The notes beneath the pieces are model-generated. The model was not told the origin of the DNA, searched no databases, and was given only the letters and a program-made list of their open reading frames with translations. From contig JAZQNM010000037.1 in the NCBI GenBank assembly GCA_045627305.1, positions 16,962-80,961 on the forward strand: a stretch of 64,000 nucleotides of DNA. Reading direction: 5' to 3'. This document shows, in pieces, positions 26,647-36,233 of this stretch (the stretch's first letter is position 1; each line of letters begins with the position of its first letter). The stretch comes from Lachnospiraceae bacterium. GTDB taxonomy: Bacteria; Bacillota; Clostridia; Lachnospirales; Lachnospiraceae. A program made the translations under genes and the position numbers.

Positions 26647-27579
26647 ATGCGGGAAAAGATAGTATTTATCTATAATCCGAATGCCGGAAAGAAAAAAATA
26701 CAGGTTAAGTTGAATGATGTCGTTAAGGAACTGGTAGAGGATGATTGTGACCTTGTTCTTTCTCCGACGAAAAAACACGGAGATGCACAGGAGGCAGTCA
26801 AGACATATATCAAAGAGGGAAACTGTAAACGAATCATCTGTTCCGGCGGTGATGGAACACTTCATGAAGTGGTAAACGGTATGCTTTCGAGCAATACGCT
26901 TGGTCAGAAGGTACCCCTTTTGTATCTTCCTGCAGGAAGTACGAATGATTTTGGTAAGTCATTGAAACTTCCCGCTGATATGGTAGAAGGTGCAAAGCTT
27001 GGCAGAGAAGGTATGATTTTCCCTTGCGATATGGCTAAGTTTAATTCCGAGTATTTTGTTTATACGGCTGCATTTGGTGTGTTCACTGAGGTTTCTTATG
27101 CCACAAAACAGAGTATGAAAAATGCACTCGGGCATCTGGCTTATATTCTGAAAGGGGCAGCATCTCTTGGGAAAATCCAACGTTATGATATGAAGATTTC
27201 CTATGATGACCATTATACAGAGGGCAGGTTTGTATACGGTATGGTAGTAAGTTCCGAATCCATAGGCGGATTCAAGGGAATTACCGGAAAGGATGTTTCT
27301 TTGAATGACGGCTTGTATGAAATGCTTTTGGTAAAGGATTTCAATGCTATTGAATTGCCGAATATTATCAGTTGCATTTTGAAGGCGGATTATACACATC
27401 CGAATCTTTTGTATTCCAGAGTTAAGCATGTCAGAATAGAGAGTTCTACGCCGGTTTCCTATACGTTAGACGGAGAGTTCGGTGGAGAATATACGGTTTC
27501 TGATATCAGCGTACAGAATAAAGCTGTGGATTTCCTGATTCCAAAGTCGTTAATCGGTTTATGGGATGATGAATGGTAA
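26647..27579 (+). CDS. Diacylglycerol-kinase-family lipid kinase (YegS/DagK-like)
   Basis: NP.AG..K N-terminus, GGDGTLHEVVNG motif, PAGSTNDF. Confidence 0.8.
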   Translation: MREKIVFIYNPNAGKKKIQVKLNDVVKELVEDDCDLVLSPTKKHGDAQEAVKTYIKEGNCKRIICSGGDGTLHEVVNGMLSSNTLGQKVPLLYLPAGSTNDFGKSLKLPADMVEGAKLGREGMIFPCDMAKFNSEYFVYTAAFGVFTEVSYATKQSMKNALGHLAYILKGAASLGKIQRYDMKISYDDHYTEGRFVYGMVVSSESIGGFKGITGKDVSLNDGLYEMLLVKDFNAIELPNIISCILKADYTHPNLLYSRVKHVRIESSTPVSYTLDGEFGGEYTVSDISVQNKAVDFLIPKSLIGLWDDEW

Positions 27580-27617
27580 AATGTGAGAAAATCACTGTGC
27601 GGAAGTAATCCGTAACC

Positions 27618-27646
27618 TTGACGAAACACAGAAAAATTGGTACAAT
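27618..27646 (+). promoter_or_regulatory. Putative sigma-A promoter of the FGGY kinase gene
   Basis: TTGACG, 17-nt spacer, TACAAT (preceded by TGG). Confidence 0.55.
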
Positions 27647-27703
27647 ATAGTTTGGGTTTTTGCAGGTTGAATCCTGCGATTATAAATATTATGGAGGTTT
27701 CGT

Positions 27704-29185
27704 ATGTTTTATATCGGTGTAGATTTAGGAACGTCATCCGTTAAGCTTTTGATGATGGATGAAAAGGGTGAAATTAAGAATATTGTTTCAAAGGAATATC
27801 CTTTGTATTTTCCGAAGACCGGTTGGTCAGAGCAGAAGCCTGAAGACTGGTGGACACAGATGAAGGCTGGCATTAAAGAACTTGTTGCAGGCTTTGATGC
27901 TTCTAAGGTTGCAGGTATCAGTTTTGGCGGACAGATGCATGGACTTGTTATTCTCGATGAGAAGGATAATGTGCTTCGTCCCGCTATTTTGTGGAATGAC
28001 GGACGTACTCAGGAGGAATGCGATTACCTCAACAATGTAATCGGACGTGAGAAGATTTCTTCTTATACCGCTAATATGGCTTTGACCGGATTTACCGCTC
28101 CGAAGCTTCTCTGGGTTAAGAAGAATGAACCTGAAATTTTTGCTAAAATCTGCAAGATTATGCTCCCGAAGGATTATCTTGCATACCTGCTTTCCGGTGT
28201 ACATTGCACAGATGTTTCCGATGCTTCCGGTATGCTTCTTTTCGATGTAAAGAACAAGTGCTGGTCGAAGGAAATGTGCGAAATCGTTGGTGTTAAGGAA
28301 AGCCAGCTCGCTAAGATTTTTGAAAGCTATGAGGTTGTTGGAACCATTCTTCCTTCCGTTGCTGAGGAACTTGGTCTTCCGAAGACCGTTAAGATTATTG
28401 CTGGTGCAGGCGACAATGCTGCAGGTGCTGTAGGAACCGGTACTCTTGAGAATGGTATGTGCAGTCTTTCCCTTGGAACCTCCGGTACCGTATTCATCGC
28501 TTCCGATGAATTTGCCGTAGACGATAAGAACGCAATGCATTCCTTCGCACATGCTAATGGTAAGTATCATTTCTTGGGATGTATGCTTTCCGCAGCTTCC
28601 TCCAATAAGTGGTGGATGGATGACATCATCGGAACCAAGGATTATGCAGCAGAGCAGAAGAACATCAAAGAGATCGGTAAGAACAACGTTTACTACCTTC
28701 CTTACCTGATGGGCGAGCGTACTCCTCATAATAATCCGAATGCAAGAGGTTGCTTCATCGGTCTTTCCCTTGATACAAAGCGTGAGGATATGACCCTTGC
28801 TGTTATGGAAGGTGTTACCTATGCACTTCGTGATGCCGTTGAAATCGCCCGTTCTTTCGGTGTAAAGATTGAGCGTGTTCGTGCTATCGGTGGTGGCGCA
28901 AAGAGCCCGCTTTGGTGCAAGGTTATCGCTAACATCATGGATGTTAAGGTTGATAAGATTAATTGCGAAGAGGGTCCCGGATACGGTGCTGCAATTCTTG
29001 CTGCTGTAGGTTGTGGTGAATATGCATCTGTAGAAGAGGCTGCAGGCAAGTTGATTCGTGTCGTTGATACGATTGAGCAGGATCCTGCAATTGTTGCAGA
29101 GTATGAGAAGCGTTATCAGATTTTCCGTGGTTTGTATCCTGCTTTGGTTCCTTCCTTTGCTGATATGGCCAAGCTGAACGACTAA
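27704..29185 (+). CDS. xylB: FGGY-family carbohydrate kinase, xylulokinase-like
   Basis: YIGVDLGTSSVK, GWSEQKPEDWW, GQMHG, ILWNDGRT, GAGDNAAGAVG, IGGGAKS. There is no adjacent xylA, so substrate specificity is not certain. Confidence 0.75.
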   Translation: MFYIGVDLGTSSVKLLMMDEKGEIKNIVSKEYPLYFPKTGWSEQKPEDWWTQMKAGIKELVAGFDASKVAGISFGGQMHGLVILDEKDNVLRPAILWNDGRTQEECDYLNNVIGREKISSYTANMALTGFTAPKLLWVKKNEPEIFAKICKIMLPKDYLAYLLSGVHCTDVSDASGMLLFDVKNKCWSKEMCEIVGVKESQLAKIFESYEVVGTILPSVAEELGLPKTVKIIAGAGDNAAGAVGTGTLENGMCSLSLGTSGTVFIASDEFAVDDKNAMHSFAHANGKYHFLGCMLSAASSNKWWMDDIIGTKDYAAEQKNIKEIGKNNVYYLPYLMGERTPHNNPNARGCFIGLSLDTKREDMTLAVMEGVTYALRDAVEIARSFGVKIERVRAIGGGAKSPLWCKVIANIMDVKVDKINCEEGPGYGAAILAAVGCGEYASVEEAAGKLIRVVDTIEQDPAIVAEYEKRYQIFRGLYPALVPSFADMAKLND

Positions 29186-29211
29186 TCTTTTGATAATTTA
29201 AGATACGATAT

Positions 29212-29237
29212 GGCGGACCCTTGTATTAGGGTTCGCC
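29212..29237 (+). terminator. Possible terminator hairpin after the FGGY kinase gene
   Basis: GGCGGACCC-TTGTATTA-GGGTTCGCC stem with one G:T pair. The T-tail is weak. Confidence 0.4.
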
Positions 29238-29283
29238 TTATGCCGTTTTATTACGGGTATATGAATTGGAGAGTAATTCGCAT

Positions 29284-30084
29284 ATGGACGCCTATACCGG
29301 CTTTGCAGAAATCTATGATATGTGTATGGATAACATCCCCTATGATGACTGGGCGGGTGAAATCTGCCGTATTCTTCGGGTACATGGAATTAATGACGGA
29401 CTTGTGTGTGAACTCGGTTGCGGAACCGGTGAAATCACGGAAAGACTCCTCAATTCCGGCTACGATATGATTGGAATAGACTGCTCGGAAGAAATGCTGA
29501 TGGAGGCACGTGAGAAGCAGTATGAGAGAACCGATGAAACAAGCCCTCAGATTCTATACCTGTTGCAGGATATGCGTGAGTTTGAACTTTATGGTACGGT
29601 TCGAGCTTTTGTAAGTGTTTGTGATTCCGTGAATTATCTTCTTACCGAGGATGATTTGCGTAAGACTTTCTGCCTTGTAAATAATTATCTGGATAAGGAT
29701 GGAATCTTTGTATTTGATATGAAAACAGCGGCCTGCTTTGCCGCACTTGGTGATGAAACGAGAGTGGAACAGTATCGCGATGCTACGCTTATATGGGAGA
29801 ATTCCTACATGAAGCGTAAAAAGAGGAATGTATATCGCCTGACTATTTTTGAGAAGGAATATGACGATATGTTTCGCAAGATGTCGGAAACACATATTCA
29901 GCAAACCTATTCCGTTGATACGGTTATTCGCCTTTTGAAAGAAGCAGGAATGCAGTTTATTGAGTGCTTTGATGCGGATTCCAAGGGCGCAGTCAGTGCA
30001 GATACGCAAAGAATTGTTTTTATTGCGAAAGAAGGGTATCAGGAGGGCAAATGCTACACACCTTCTGGGGAGCAGAGTATATGA
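29284..30084 (+). CDS. Class I SAM-dependent methyltransferase
   Basis: Motif I VCELGCGTGEIT and an acidic post-I loop (GIDCSEEML). The ATG at 29284 follows GGAGAG. Confidence 0.75.
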   Translation: MDAYTGFAEIYDMCMDNIPYDDWAGEICRILRVHGINDGLVCELGCGTGEITERLLNSGYDMIGIDCSEEMLMEAREKQYERTDETSPQILYLLQDMREFELYGTVRAFVSVCDSVNYLLTEDDLRKTFCLVNNYLDKDGIFVFDMKTAACFAALGDETRVEQYRDATLIWENSYMKRKKRNVYRLTIFEKEYDDMFRKMSETHIQQTYSVDTVIRLLKEAGMQFIECFDADSKGAVSADTQRIVFIAKEGYQEGKCYTPSGEQSI

Positions 30085-30977
30085 GTGATAGAATTGTTAG
30101 GGCTACGGCAGCCGACGGATTTATCCGGGCATTTGCCGCATCCACGAAGGAAATTGTAGAATATGCGCGTAAAGCACATAATACAAGTCCGGTTTGTACG
30201 GCGGCACTTGGAAGATTGCTTACTGCGGGCTCGATGATGGGCTCGATGATGAAGAGTAAAGCCGATATTCTTACTTTAAAGATAGGTTGCGATGGTCCGA
30301 TTGGCGGTATATGCGTTACGGCAGATGTCTTTGGTAATGTAAAGGGCTTTGTGAAGAATACAGATGTTATGCTCCCTGCGAAACCGAATCATCATTTTGA
30401 TGTTGGCGGGGCAGTGGGAAATGGTATTCTTTCTGTTATTCGCGACTTGGGGCTGAAGGATCCGTATGTTGGTGAAGTGGAACTACAGACCGGTGAGATT
30501 GCAGAGGATTTAACTTACTATTTTGCTTCCTCCGAACAGACACCGTCCGCTGTTGGACTTGGTGTTTTATTAACAAAGGAGAACGAGGTTTCCGAGGCTG
30601 GCGGCTTTATTGTACAATTGATGCCCGACTGTCCGGACGAGGTTATTTCCATCTTAGAGAATGATCTGAAGACATTACCGAGTGTTACGGAGATGCTTTC
30701 CGCCGGAATGACGCCTGAGGAAGTACTTGAGAAAGTTCTTGCGGGCGTAGATATTGAGATTACGGATTCACTTAGTCCTGCTTATGTATGTAACTGCTCT
30801 AAGGAACGCTATACGAAGGGTCTTTTGAGCTTGGGTGTGCAGGAACTGGAATCGTTAATTCAGAACGATGAGAGACTTGAAGTTGTGTGTCAGTTCTGTA
30901 AAAAGAAGTATTATTTTACGGTAGAAGAACTGAAGGATATGGTCGCTTTTTTGAAAGGAAGTAAATCAAATGGCTGA
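30081..30977 (+). CDS. hslO: Redox-regulated chaperone Hsp33
   Basis: Hsp33 N-domain pattern (RA.A..G.IR.FA) and C-terminal zinc centre CNCS...CQFC. Confidence 0.9.
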   Translation: MSDRIVRATAADGFIRAFAASTKEIVEYARKAHNTSPVCTAALGRLLTAGSMMGSMMKSKADILTLKIGCDGPIGGICVTADVFGNVKGFVKNTDVMLPAKPNHHFDVGGAVGNGILSVIRDLGLKDPYVGEVELQTGEIAEDLTYYFASSEQTPSAVGLGVLLTKENEVSEAGGFIVQLMPDCPDEVISILENDLKTLPSVTEMLSAGMTPEEVLEKVLAGVDIEITDSLSPAYVCNCSKERYTKGLLSLGVQELESLIQNDERLEVVCQFCKKKYYFTVEELKDMVAFLKGSKSNG

Positions 30978-32391
30978 TAAAAAGACTGTTGAAGAGAAAG
31001 ATTCCAAGGCGAAGAAGAACGTAAGAAATACCGATAATGCCTGGTTGAAATACAATAAATCCGAGTTTGTTTCCGTTATGGAATTTGCAGAGGAATACCG
31101 CAACTTCTTAAGTTCCAATAAGACGGAACGCGAGTGTGCGGATACTATGATTGCAAAAGCAAAAAGCCTTGGTTTCAAGGATTTGATGTCAGTTAAAAAG
31201 GTTAAGGCCGGGGATAAGCTCTATGCTTCTCTTATGGGTAAGGCTGTTGCCCTGTTTCTTGTCGGTGAGAAGCCGCTTGAGGAAGGTATGAAGATTCTTG
31301 GAGCACATATTGATTCCCCGAGACTTGATTTGAAACAGGTTCCGCTTTATGAGGATACCGAGATAGCACTTCTTGATACCCATTATTATGGCGGCATCAA
31401 GAAGTATCAGTGGGTTACCACTCCAATGGCTATTCATGGTGTTGTATGCAAAAAGGATGGAAGCGTTGTAAAAATCAGTCTTGGCGACCAGCCGGGAGAT
31501 CCGGTATTCGGTATCAGCGACCTTCTGATTCACCTTGGTGCAGATCAGCTTGCTAAAAAAGGAGCCAATGTTGTTGAAGGTGAGGCACTCGATGTAACAT
31601 TTGCCTCTATTCCCCTTAAGAGTGCGAAGAAACATGCAGTTAAGGAAACTGCATTAAATCTACTTAAGTCACAGTATGGGATTGAAGAAGATGATTTCCT
31701 TTCAGCAGAGTTAGAAATTGTACCTGCCGGCGATGCACGTGACATGGGTATCGACAGTTCCCTTATTATGGGGTATGGCCACGATGACAGAGTATGTGCA
31801 TATCCTTCTGCGGAAGCCTTATTCCGCCTTACAAAAACCGACCGGACTGCCGTATGTCTTTTAGTAGATAAAGAGGAAATCGGCAGTGTAGGTGCAACCG
31901 GAATGCACTCCAGATTCTTTGAGAATTGTGTGGCAGAGCTAATTGCACGTAAGGAGGATTATTCTGAACTGAAGGTCCGCAGAGCACTCCAGAATTCTGT
32001 TATGCTTTCCTCCGATGTCAGTGCTGCATTTGACCCGAATTACGATTCTGTCAGTGAGAAAAAGAACTGTGCATATTTTGGGCATGGTCTAGTATTCAAT
32101 AAATACACCGGCGCAAGAGGTAAGAGTGGTTCCAATGATGCGAGTCCGGAGTATTTTGCAAGAATTCGCGATGTATTCGACCGTGAAGGTATCAGTTATC
32201 AGACAGCTGAACTGGGTAAGGTTGATCAGGGCGGCGGTGGTACCATTGCTTACATTATGGGCAATTATGGCATGAATGTAATTGACAGTGGTATTGCAGT
32301 ACAGAATATGCATGCACCTTATGAGGTAATCAGCAAGGCTGATTTGTATGAGGCTTTGCAGGGCTATATGGCATTTTATAAAGGAATGTGA
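30970..32391 (+). CDS. M18-family aminopeptidase
   Basis: GAHIDSPRLDLK, GYGHDDRVC and EEIGS motifs are typical of the M18/M42 dinuclear aminopeptidase fold. Length is 473 aa. Confidence 0.75.
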   Translation: MADKKTVEEKDSKAKKNVRNTDNAWLKYNKSEFVSVMEFAEEYRNFLSSNKTERECADTMIAKAKSLGFKDLMSVKKVKAGDKLYASLMGKAVALFLVGEKPLEEGMKILGAHIDSPRLDLKQVPLYEDTEIALLDTHYYGGIKKYQWVTTPMAIHGVVCKKDGSVVKISLGDQPGDPVFGISDLLIHLGADQLAKKGANVVEGEALDVTFASIPLKSAKKHAVKETALNLLKSQYGIEEDDFLSAELEIVPAGDARDMGIDSSLIMGYGHDDRVCAYPSAEALFRLTKTDRTAVCLLVDKEEIGSVGATGMHSRFFENCVAELIARKEDYSELKVRRALQNSVMLSSDVSAAFDPNYDSVSEKKNCAYFGHGLVFNKYTGARGKSGSNDASPEYFARIRDVFDREGISYQTAELGKVDQGGGGTIAYIMGNYGMNVIDSGIAVQNMHAPYEVISKADLYEALQGYMAFYKGM

Positions 32392-32398
32392 GGTTTCC

Positions 32399-32833
32399 AT
32401 GGTTCCGATTAAGATTCGTTATATCAGTAAGGAAATAGAAAAGCTTCGCTACATTGACGGCAAATCCGATTGGATTGACCTTAGGTGTGCTGAGGATGTT
32501 GATTTGAAGGCAGGAGAGTCCCGTTTGATTCGACTTGGAATCTGTGTGGAACTTCCGGAGGGCTATGAGGCACATATTGTTCCTAGAAGCAGCACCTTCA
32601 AAAATTTTGGGATTATTCAGACCAATCATATGGGTGTTGTTGATCACAGCTATTGTGGAGATGAGGATGAGTGGAAATATCCTGTTCTTGCAATGCGTGA
32701 TACGCATCTTTCGGTTAATGACCGTATCTGCCAGTTCCGTATTATGGAGAATCAGCCCGTTCTTTTCTTCGAGGAAGTTGAGCATTTGACCAAAAAATCC
32801 CGAGGCGGATTTGGCACTACGGGAGTGCAGTAG
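32399..32833 (+). CDS. dut: dUTP diphosphatase
   Basis: 144 aa. Motifs RSS, G.VD..Y.G and the C-terminal RGGFGTTG. Confidence 0.85.
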   Translation: MVPIKIRYISKEIEKLRYIDGKSDWIDLRCAEDVDLKAGESRLIRLGICVELPEGYEAHIVPRSSTFKNFGIIQTNHMGVVDHSYCGDEDEWKYPVLAMRDTHLSVNDRICQFRIMENQPVLFFEEVEHLTKKSRGGFGTTGVQ

Positions 32834-32920
32834 AGGATTCCTCCCATTTGTTTTTGTAACAAAGTTCCCTATAGGAATTTTCGACGCGATTGCGCCAATA
32901 TATAAGATGAGGTGATAGAT

Positions 32921-34060
32921 ATGAATAAAATTGATATTTTCTCCGGCTTTTTAGGAGCAGGAAAGACAACTCTGATTAAGAAACTTCTTGCAGATGGTTA
33001 CAAGGGTGAAAAGGTTGTTTTGATTGAGAACGAATTTGGTGAAATCGGTATCGACGGTGGCTTTTTGAAGGAGGCTGGAGTGGAGATTACCGAGATGAAT
33101 TCCGGCTGTATCTGCTGTTCTCTTGTCGGTGATTTTGGTGAGGCATTGGTAAAGGTTAAGGAGCAATTCAAGCCTGACCGTATTATTATCGAACCTTCCG
33201 GTGTCGGAAAGCTTTCCGATGTAGAACGTGCCGTTGAGAAAATTGAGGACCCTGATTTCGTCATCTGTGGTCTTACTACGGTTGTTGATGCAGGAAAATG
33301 TCGTATTTACATGAAGAACTTTGGTGAGTTCTTTAACAATCAGGTTGAATATGCACATACAATTCTTTTGAGCCGCTCCCAGAATGTTTCCGAAGAAAAG
33401 CTTCAGGCATGCGTTGCACTTCTTCGTGAGAAGAATGCAGAGGCTGTAATTGTTACTACACCTTGGGATGATTTGACTGGTGCCCAGATTCTTGCGGCTA
33501 TGGATACTAAGGTTGACCTTGCAAAACAGCTTTTAGAGGAAGAGGATATATGCCCGTGCTGCGGACATCATCATGAAGATGGTGCTGAATGTGACCATGA
33601 ACATCACCATCATCATGACCATGATGACGATGATGAGGAGTGTTGCTGTCACCATCACCATGATGACGATGATGACGATGACGACGATCATGAATGCCAC
33701 CATCATCACGATGACGACGATGACCACGAGTGCTGCCATCATGATCATGACCATGGGCATCACCACCATCATCATCACCATGCAGATGAGGTATTTACGA
33801 GCTGGGGTAAGGAAACTCCTAAGAAATTTGACCGCACAGTACTTCAGGACATTCTCGAAAAACTTGCTAATTCAGAAGATTACGGTATGATTCTTCGAGC
33901 AAAGGGAATTGTTCCGTCAACCGATGGTGCTTGGCTTCATTTTGATCTGACTCCCGGTGAGTTTGAGATTCGTGAAGGTGCCTCAGATATTATTGGTCGT
34001 CTTTGCGTAATCGGAAGTAAATTGAATGAAGAGGCAATTGCATATTTGTTTGAAGTTTAA
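32921..34060 (+). CDS. COG0523 (CobW/HypB/UreG-type) putative metallochaperone GTPase with His/Asp/Cys-rich insert
   Basis: P-loop GFLGAGKTT, CICCS (CxCC) metal motif, EPSGVG switch, and a CobW_C-like C-terminus (ILRAKGIV..WLHFD). An ~80-aa tract made almost only of H, D, C and E lies between the domains (nt 33551-33790). Confidence 0.85.
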   Translation: MNKIDIFSGFLGAGKTTLIKKLLADGYKGEKVVLIENEFGEIGIDGGFLKEAGVEITEMNSGCICCSLVGDFGEALVKVKEQFKPDRIIIEPSGVGKLSDVERAVEKIEDPDFVICGLTTVVDAGKCRIYMKNFGEFFNNQVEYAHTILLSRSQNVSEEKLQACVALLREKNAEAVIVTTPWDDLTGAQILAAMDTKVDLAKQLLEEEDICPCCGHHHEDGAECDHEHHHHHDHDDDDEECCCHHHHDDDDDDDDDHECHHHHDDDDDHECCHHDHDHGHHHHHHHHADEVFTSWGKETPKKFDRTVLQDILEKLANSEDYGMILRAKGIVPSTDGAWLHFDLTPGEFEIREGASDIIGRLCVIGSKLNEEAIAYLFEV

Positions 34061-34086
34061 TTTTTGATACTTGGAAGGATGATATT

Positions 34087-35037
34087 ATGGAAAAGCCGGT
34101 ATTTATTATAAACGGATTTCTGGATAGCGGTAAGACATCGTTTATCAAGGATACTTTGAATGACCCGCAGTTCCTTGAGGGTGGAAGACTTCTGATTATT
34201 CTTTGTGAAGAGGGTGAAGAAGAATATGATGAGGTTGCTCTGCAGAAGAAGGGTGTTTCCATTATTACCGTGGAAGAACAGTCTCAGTTGACAGGACAGT
34301 TTTTGAACGGTCTTGAGTTATATTATAATCCGAATATGATTATGTTCGAGATGAACGGAATGTGGAATATGGATGAAATGATGGAGATGGATTTCCCGGA
34401 GAACTGGGTTCCTTCACAGATTATTTCCCTGATTGACGGTTCCAGTATCGAAGGTTACCTGACCAATATGAAGAAAATGGTACTGGATCTTGTTCGTTAT
34501 TCCGATATCATCATTGTGAACCGTTGCGATGATAATACGAATAAATCTTTGATTCGCAGAAGCATCAAGCCTGTTAACCGTAAGGCACAGTTGGTTTATG
34601 AGCGTGCCGACGGACGGGATGCGGGAGCTGAAGAAGAGGAACTTCCTTATGATATGAGCCAGCCTTTTTTGGAGATTACCGATGAGGATTACGGAATCTG
34701 GTACATGGACTGCATGGACAAGCCGCGGGAATACGAAGGAAAGACGGTTCACTTTCTCGGAATGCTTTATCTTTCAGACAAATTGCCGAAAGGCTATTGT
34801 GTACCGGGACGTATGGCTATGACCTGTTGTGTGCAGGATATCGCATTTATCGGTCTTCTTACGAAGTTGCCGCCGGTAGTCGATAAGTCTTTATTGAAGA
34901 ACCGTCAGTGGGTTTATGTAACCGCTAAAATTCAGGTTGAGTATCAGAAAGAATATAAAGGCAAAGGTCCTGTTCTGTATGCTACGAAGTTTGAACCGGC
35001 GAAAGAGCCTGCCGAGAAGACGGTTTATTTTACCTGA
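34087..35037 (+). CDS. COG0523-like NTPase lacking CxCC, fused to a YcgQ/DUF1980-like C-terminal domain
   Basis: Walker A GFLDSGKTS, FEMNGM switch-like segment, VNRCD (NKxD-like). The C-terminal ~120 aa carry GKTVHFLGMLY...PGRMAMTCCVQDIAFIG. From memory this resembles the MTCCxxD motif of the TIGR03943/DUF1980 C-terminal domain. Confidence 0.65.
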   Translation: MEKPVFIINGFLDSGKTSFIKDTLNDPQFLEGGRLLIILCEEGEEEYDEVALQKKGVSIITVEEQSQLTGQFLNGLELYYNPNMIMFEMNGMWNMDEMMEMDFPENWVPSQIISLIDGSSIEGYLTNMKKMVLDLVRYSDIIIVNRCDDNTNKSLIRRSIKPVNRKAQLVYERADGRDAGAEEEELPYDMSQPFLEITDEDYGIWYMDCMDKPREYEGKTVHFLGMLYLSDKLPKGYCVPGRMAMTCCVQDIAFIGLLTKLPPVVDKSLLKNRQWVYVTAKIQVEYQKEYKGKGPVLYATKFEPAKEPAEKTVYFT

Positions 35038-35096
35038 TAAGGTAAAGAATATATCTGTGTGGGGCAGATACAGTTTTTTTGAAAGGAGATTATTGT

Positions 35097-36146
35097 ATGA
35101 AATTTAGCGAATCGAATAAACTTATTCTATTTGCAGGTGTTCCGTGTGCTGTGGTTGCTGTTGTATGTACTGTTCTGCTGGCGGTCAATAAGAAACCGTC
35201 AAAGAACAATGCGATTGATGCCACACCATCTGTTACTGTTGTAACGGATATACCTTCGCCAAGTGATATTCCAACCGAAGAAGTCACGCCTACAGAGAAT
35301 CCGAATATTCCGTCAGATACTCCGACACCGACATTTACGGCTAGCCCCTTTGTTACGCAGGAACCGACGAAGGAAGCGGAACCTTCCGTAACGCCTGCAG
35401 GTGTTACGGGTACACCTACTGTAACACCGACGGGAACACCTTCGGTAACGCCGGAGAATTCCACGCCTACCCCGACCGCTACTAAGGAGCCAACCAATAC
35501 ACCAACCAATATTCCAACCAATATACCAACCAATATACCATCAAAGGCTCCTACGGGCAGTATTACGCCCTCGGGGAATGAGCTTCCGCTTATTATTCCG
35601 GATGTAAGCCCCACACAGGTTCCTGCTTCGCCGACTCCGGTTCCTACAAAGGCACCGACGGAGTGTGTAACACCTTCTGTTACCCCGACTGAACAGGCGC
35701 AGGATAAGGATGGAACAATCCGCTATGTTGCACATTATGATGGTGTGCTGTTCTCTGCTCCATGGAATAACGCTTCTACGGATTCCTATGAAATTGTCGG
35801 TCATCTTGAATATGGTACGAAAATTCAAATCGAAGAGGTGAATGAGTTTGAGAACTTCTATTCGCTGATTATAGATGGTAAGAAGTATTATATTTTGAAA
35901 AAGAATACTTCTGATGAATTGCCGAAGGATGCTGCGGAGAAGGAACCGAACATAAAGTCTGATTGGATTACGCCTACGCCGACGCCAATCGGCTTCGTTC
36001 CGACACCAACAACGAAGCCTACCGCAACTCCTACACCGATTGCCACGCCGACGCCGAAGCCTACCGCAACTCCTACACCGACAACAGGCGGATCACCTTC
36101 GCCTACTCCGAAAGCCATTCAGTTGCCGTTTATTCCAATCAATTGA
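35097..36146 (+). CDS. Membrane-anchored Pro/Thr-rich protein with SH3b-like domain
   Basis: N-terminal TM helix LILFAGVPCAVVAVVCTVLLAV. Long PT-rich tracts, including the PTNIPTNIPTNIP tandem repeat. A central globular segment (IRYVAHYDGVLFSAPW..YEIVGHLEYGTKIQIEEV..YYILKKN). A second PT tract at the C-terminus. Confidence 0.65.
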   Translation: MKFSESNKLILFAGVPCAVVAVVCTVLLAVNKKPSKNNAIDATPSVTVVTDIPSPSDIPTEEVTPTENPNIPSDTPTPTFTASPFVTQEPTKEAEPSVTPAGVTGTPTVTPTGTPSVTPENSTPTPTATKEPTNTPTNIPTNIPTNIPSKAPTGSITPSGNELPLIIPDVSPTQVPASPTPVPTKAPTECVTPSVTPTEQAQDKDGTIRYVAHYDGVLFSAPWNNASTDSYEIVGHLEYGTKIQIEEVNEFENFYSLIIDGKKYYILKKNTSDELPKDAAEKEPNIKSDWITPTPTPIGFVPTPTTKPTATPTPIATPTPKPTATPTPTTGGSPSPTPKAIQLPFIPIN

Positions 36147-36233
36147 TTTTATAGCGTGGTTTTCGCCACGCTATAACTAAGTATAGAGTGCATTGGGGAA
36201 TACACATTTTACTAGGGAGGAGAACAACCTTAT

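Noticed and set aside
32834-32920. Searched for a Zur box or other metal-regulator operator upstream of the COG0523 gene.
   Set aside because: I saw only short palindromes (TTTGT-A-ACAAA, CCTATAGG) and nothing resembling the Firmicute Zur consensus. I make no regulatory call.
33533-33890. ORFs 33533-33781 (-) and 33573-33890 (+), rich in M/V/I/T.
   Set aside because: These are alternative-frame and antisense readings of the CAT/GAT/GAC low-complexity run that encodes the His/Asp tract of the COG0523 protein. They are not independent genes.
35090-36154. ORFs 35090-35614 (-), 35541-35828 (-), 35888-36118 (-) and 35963-36154 (+). Also a 12-nt tandem repeat CCAACCAATATA x3 around 35495-35540 that could superficially suggest a repeat array.
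   Set aside because: All lie within the PT-rich coding sequence. Gly/Val-rich antisense frames are the expected mirror of Pro/Thr codons. The tandem repeat is in-frame (PTNIPTNIPTNIP) with no spacers, so it is not CRISPR-like.
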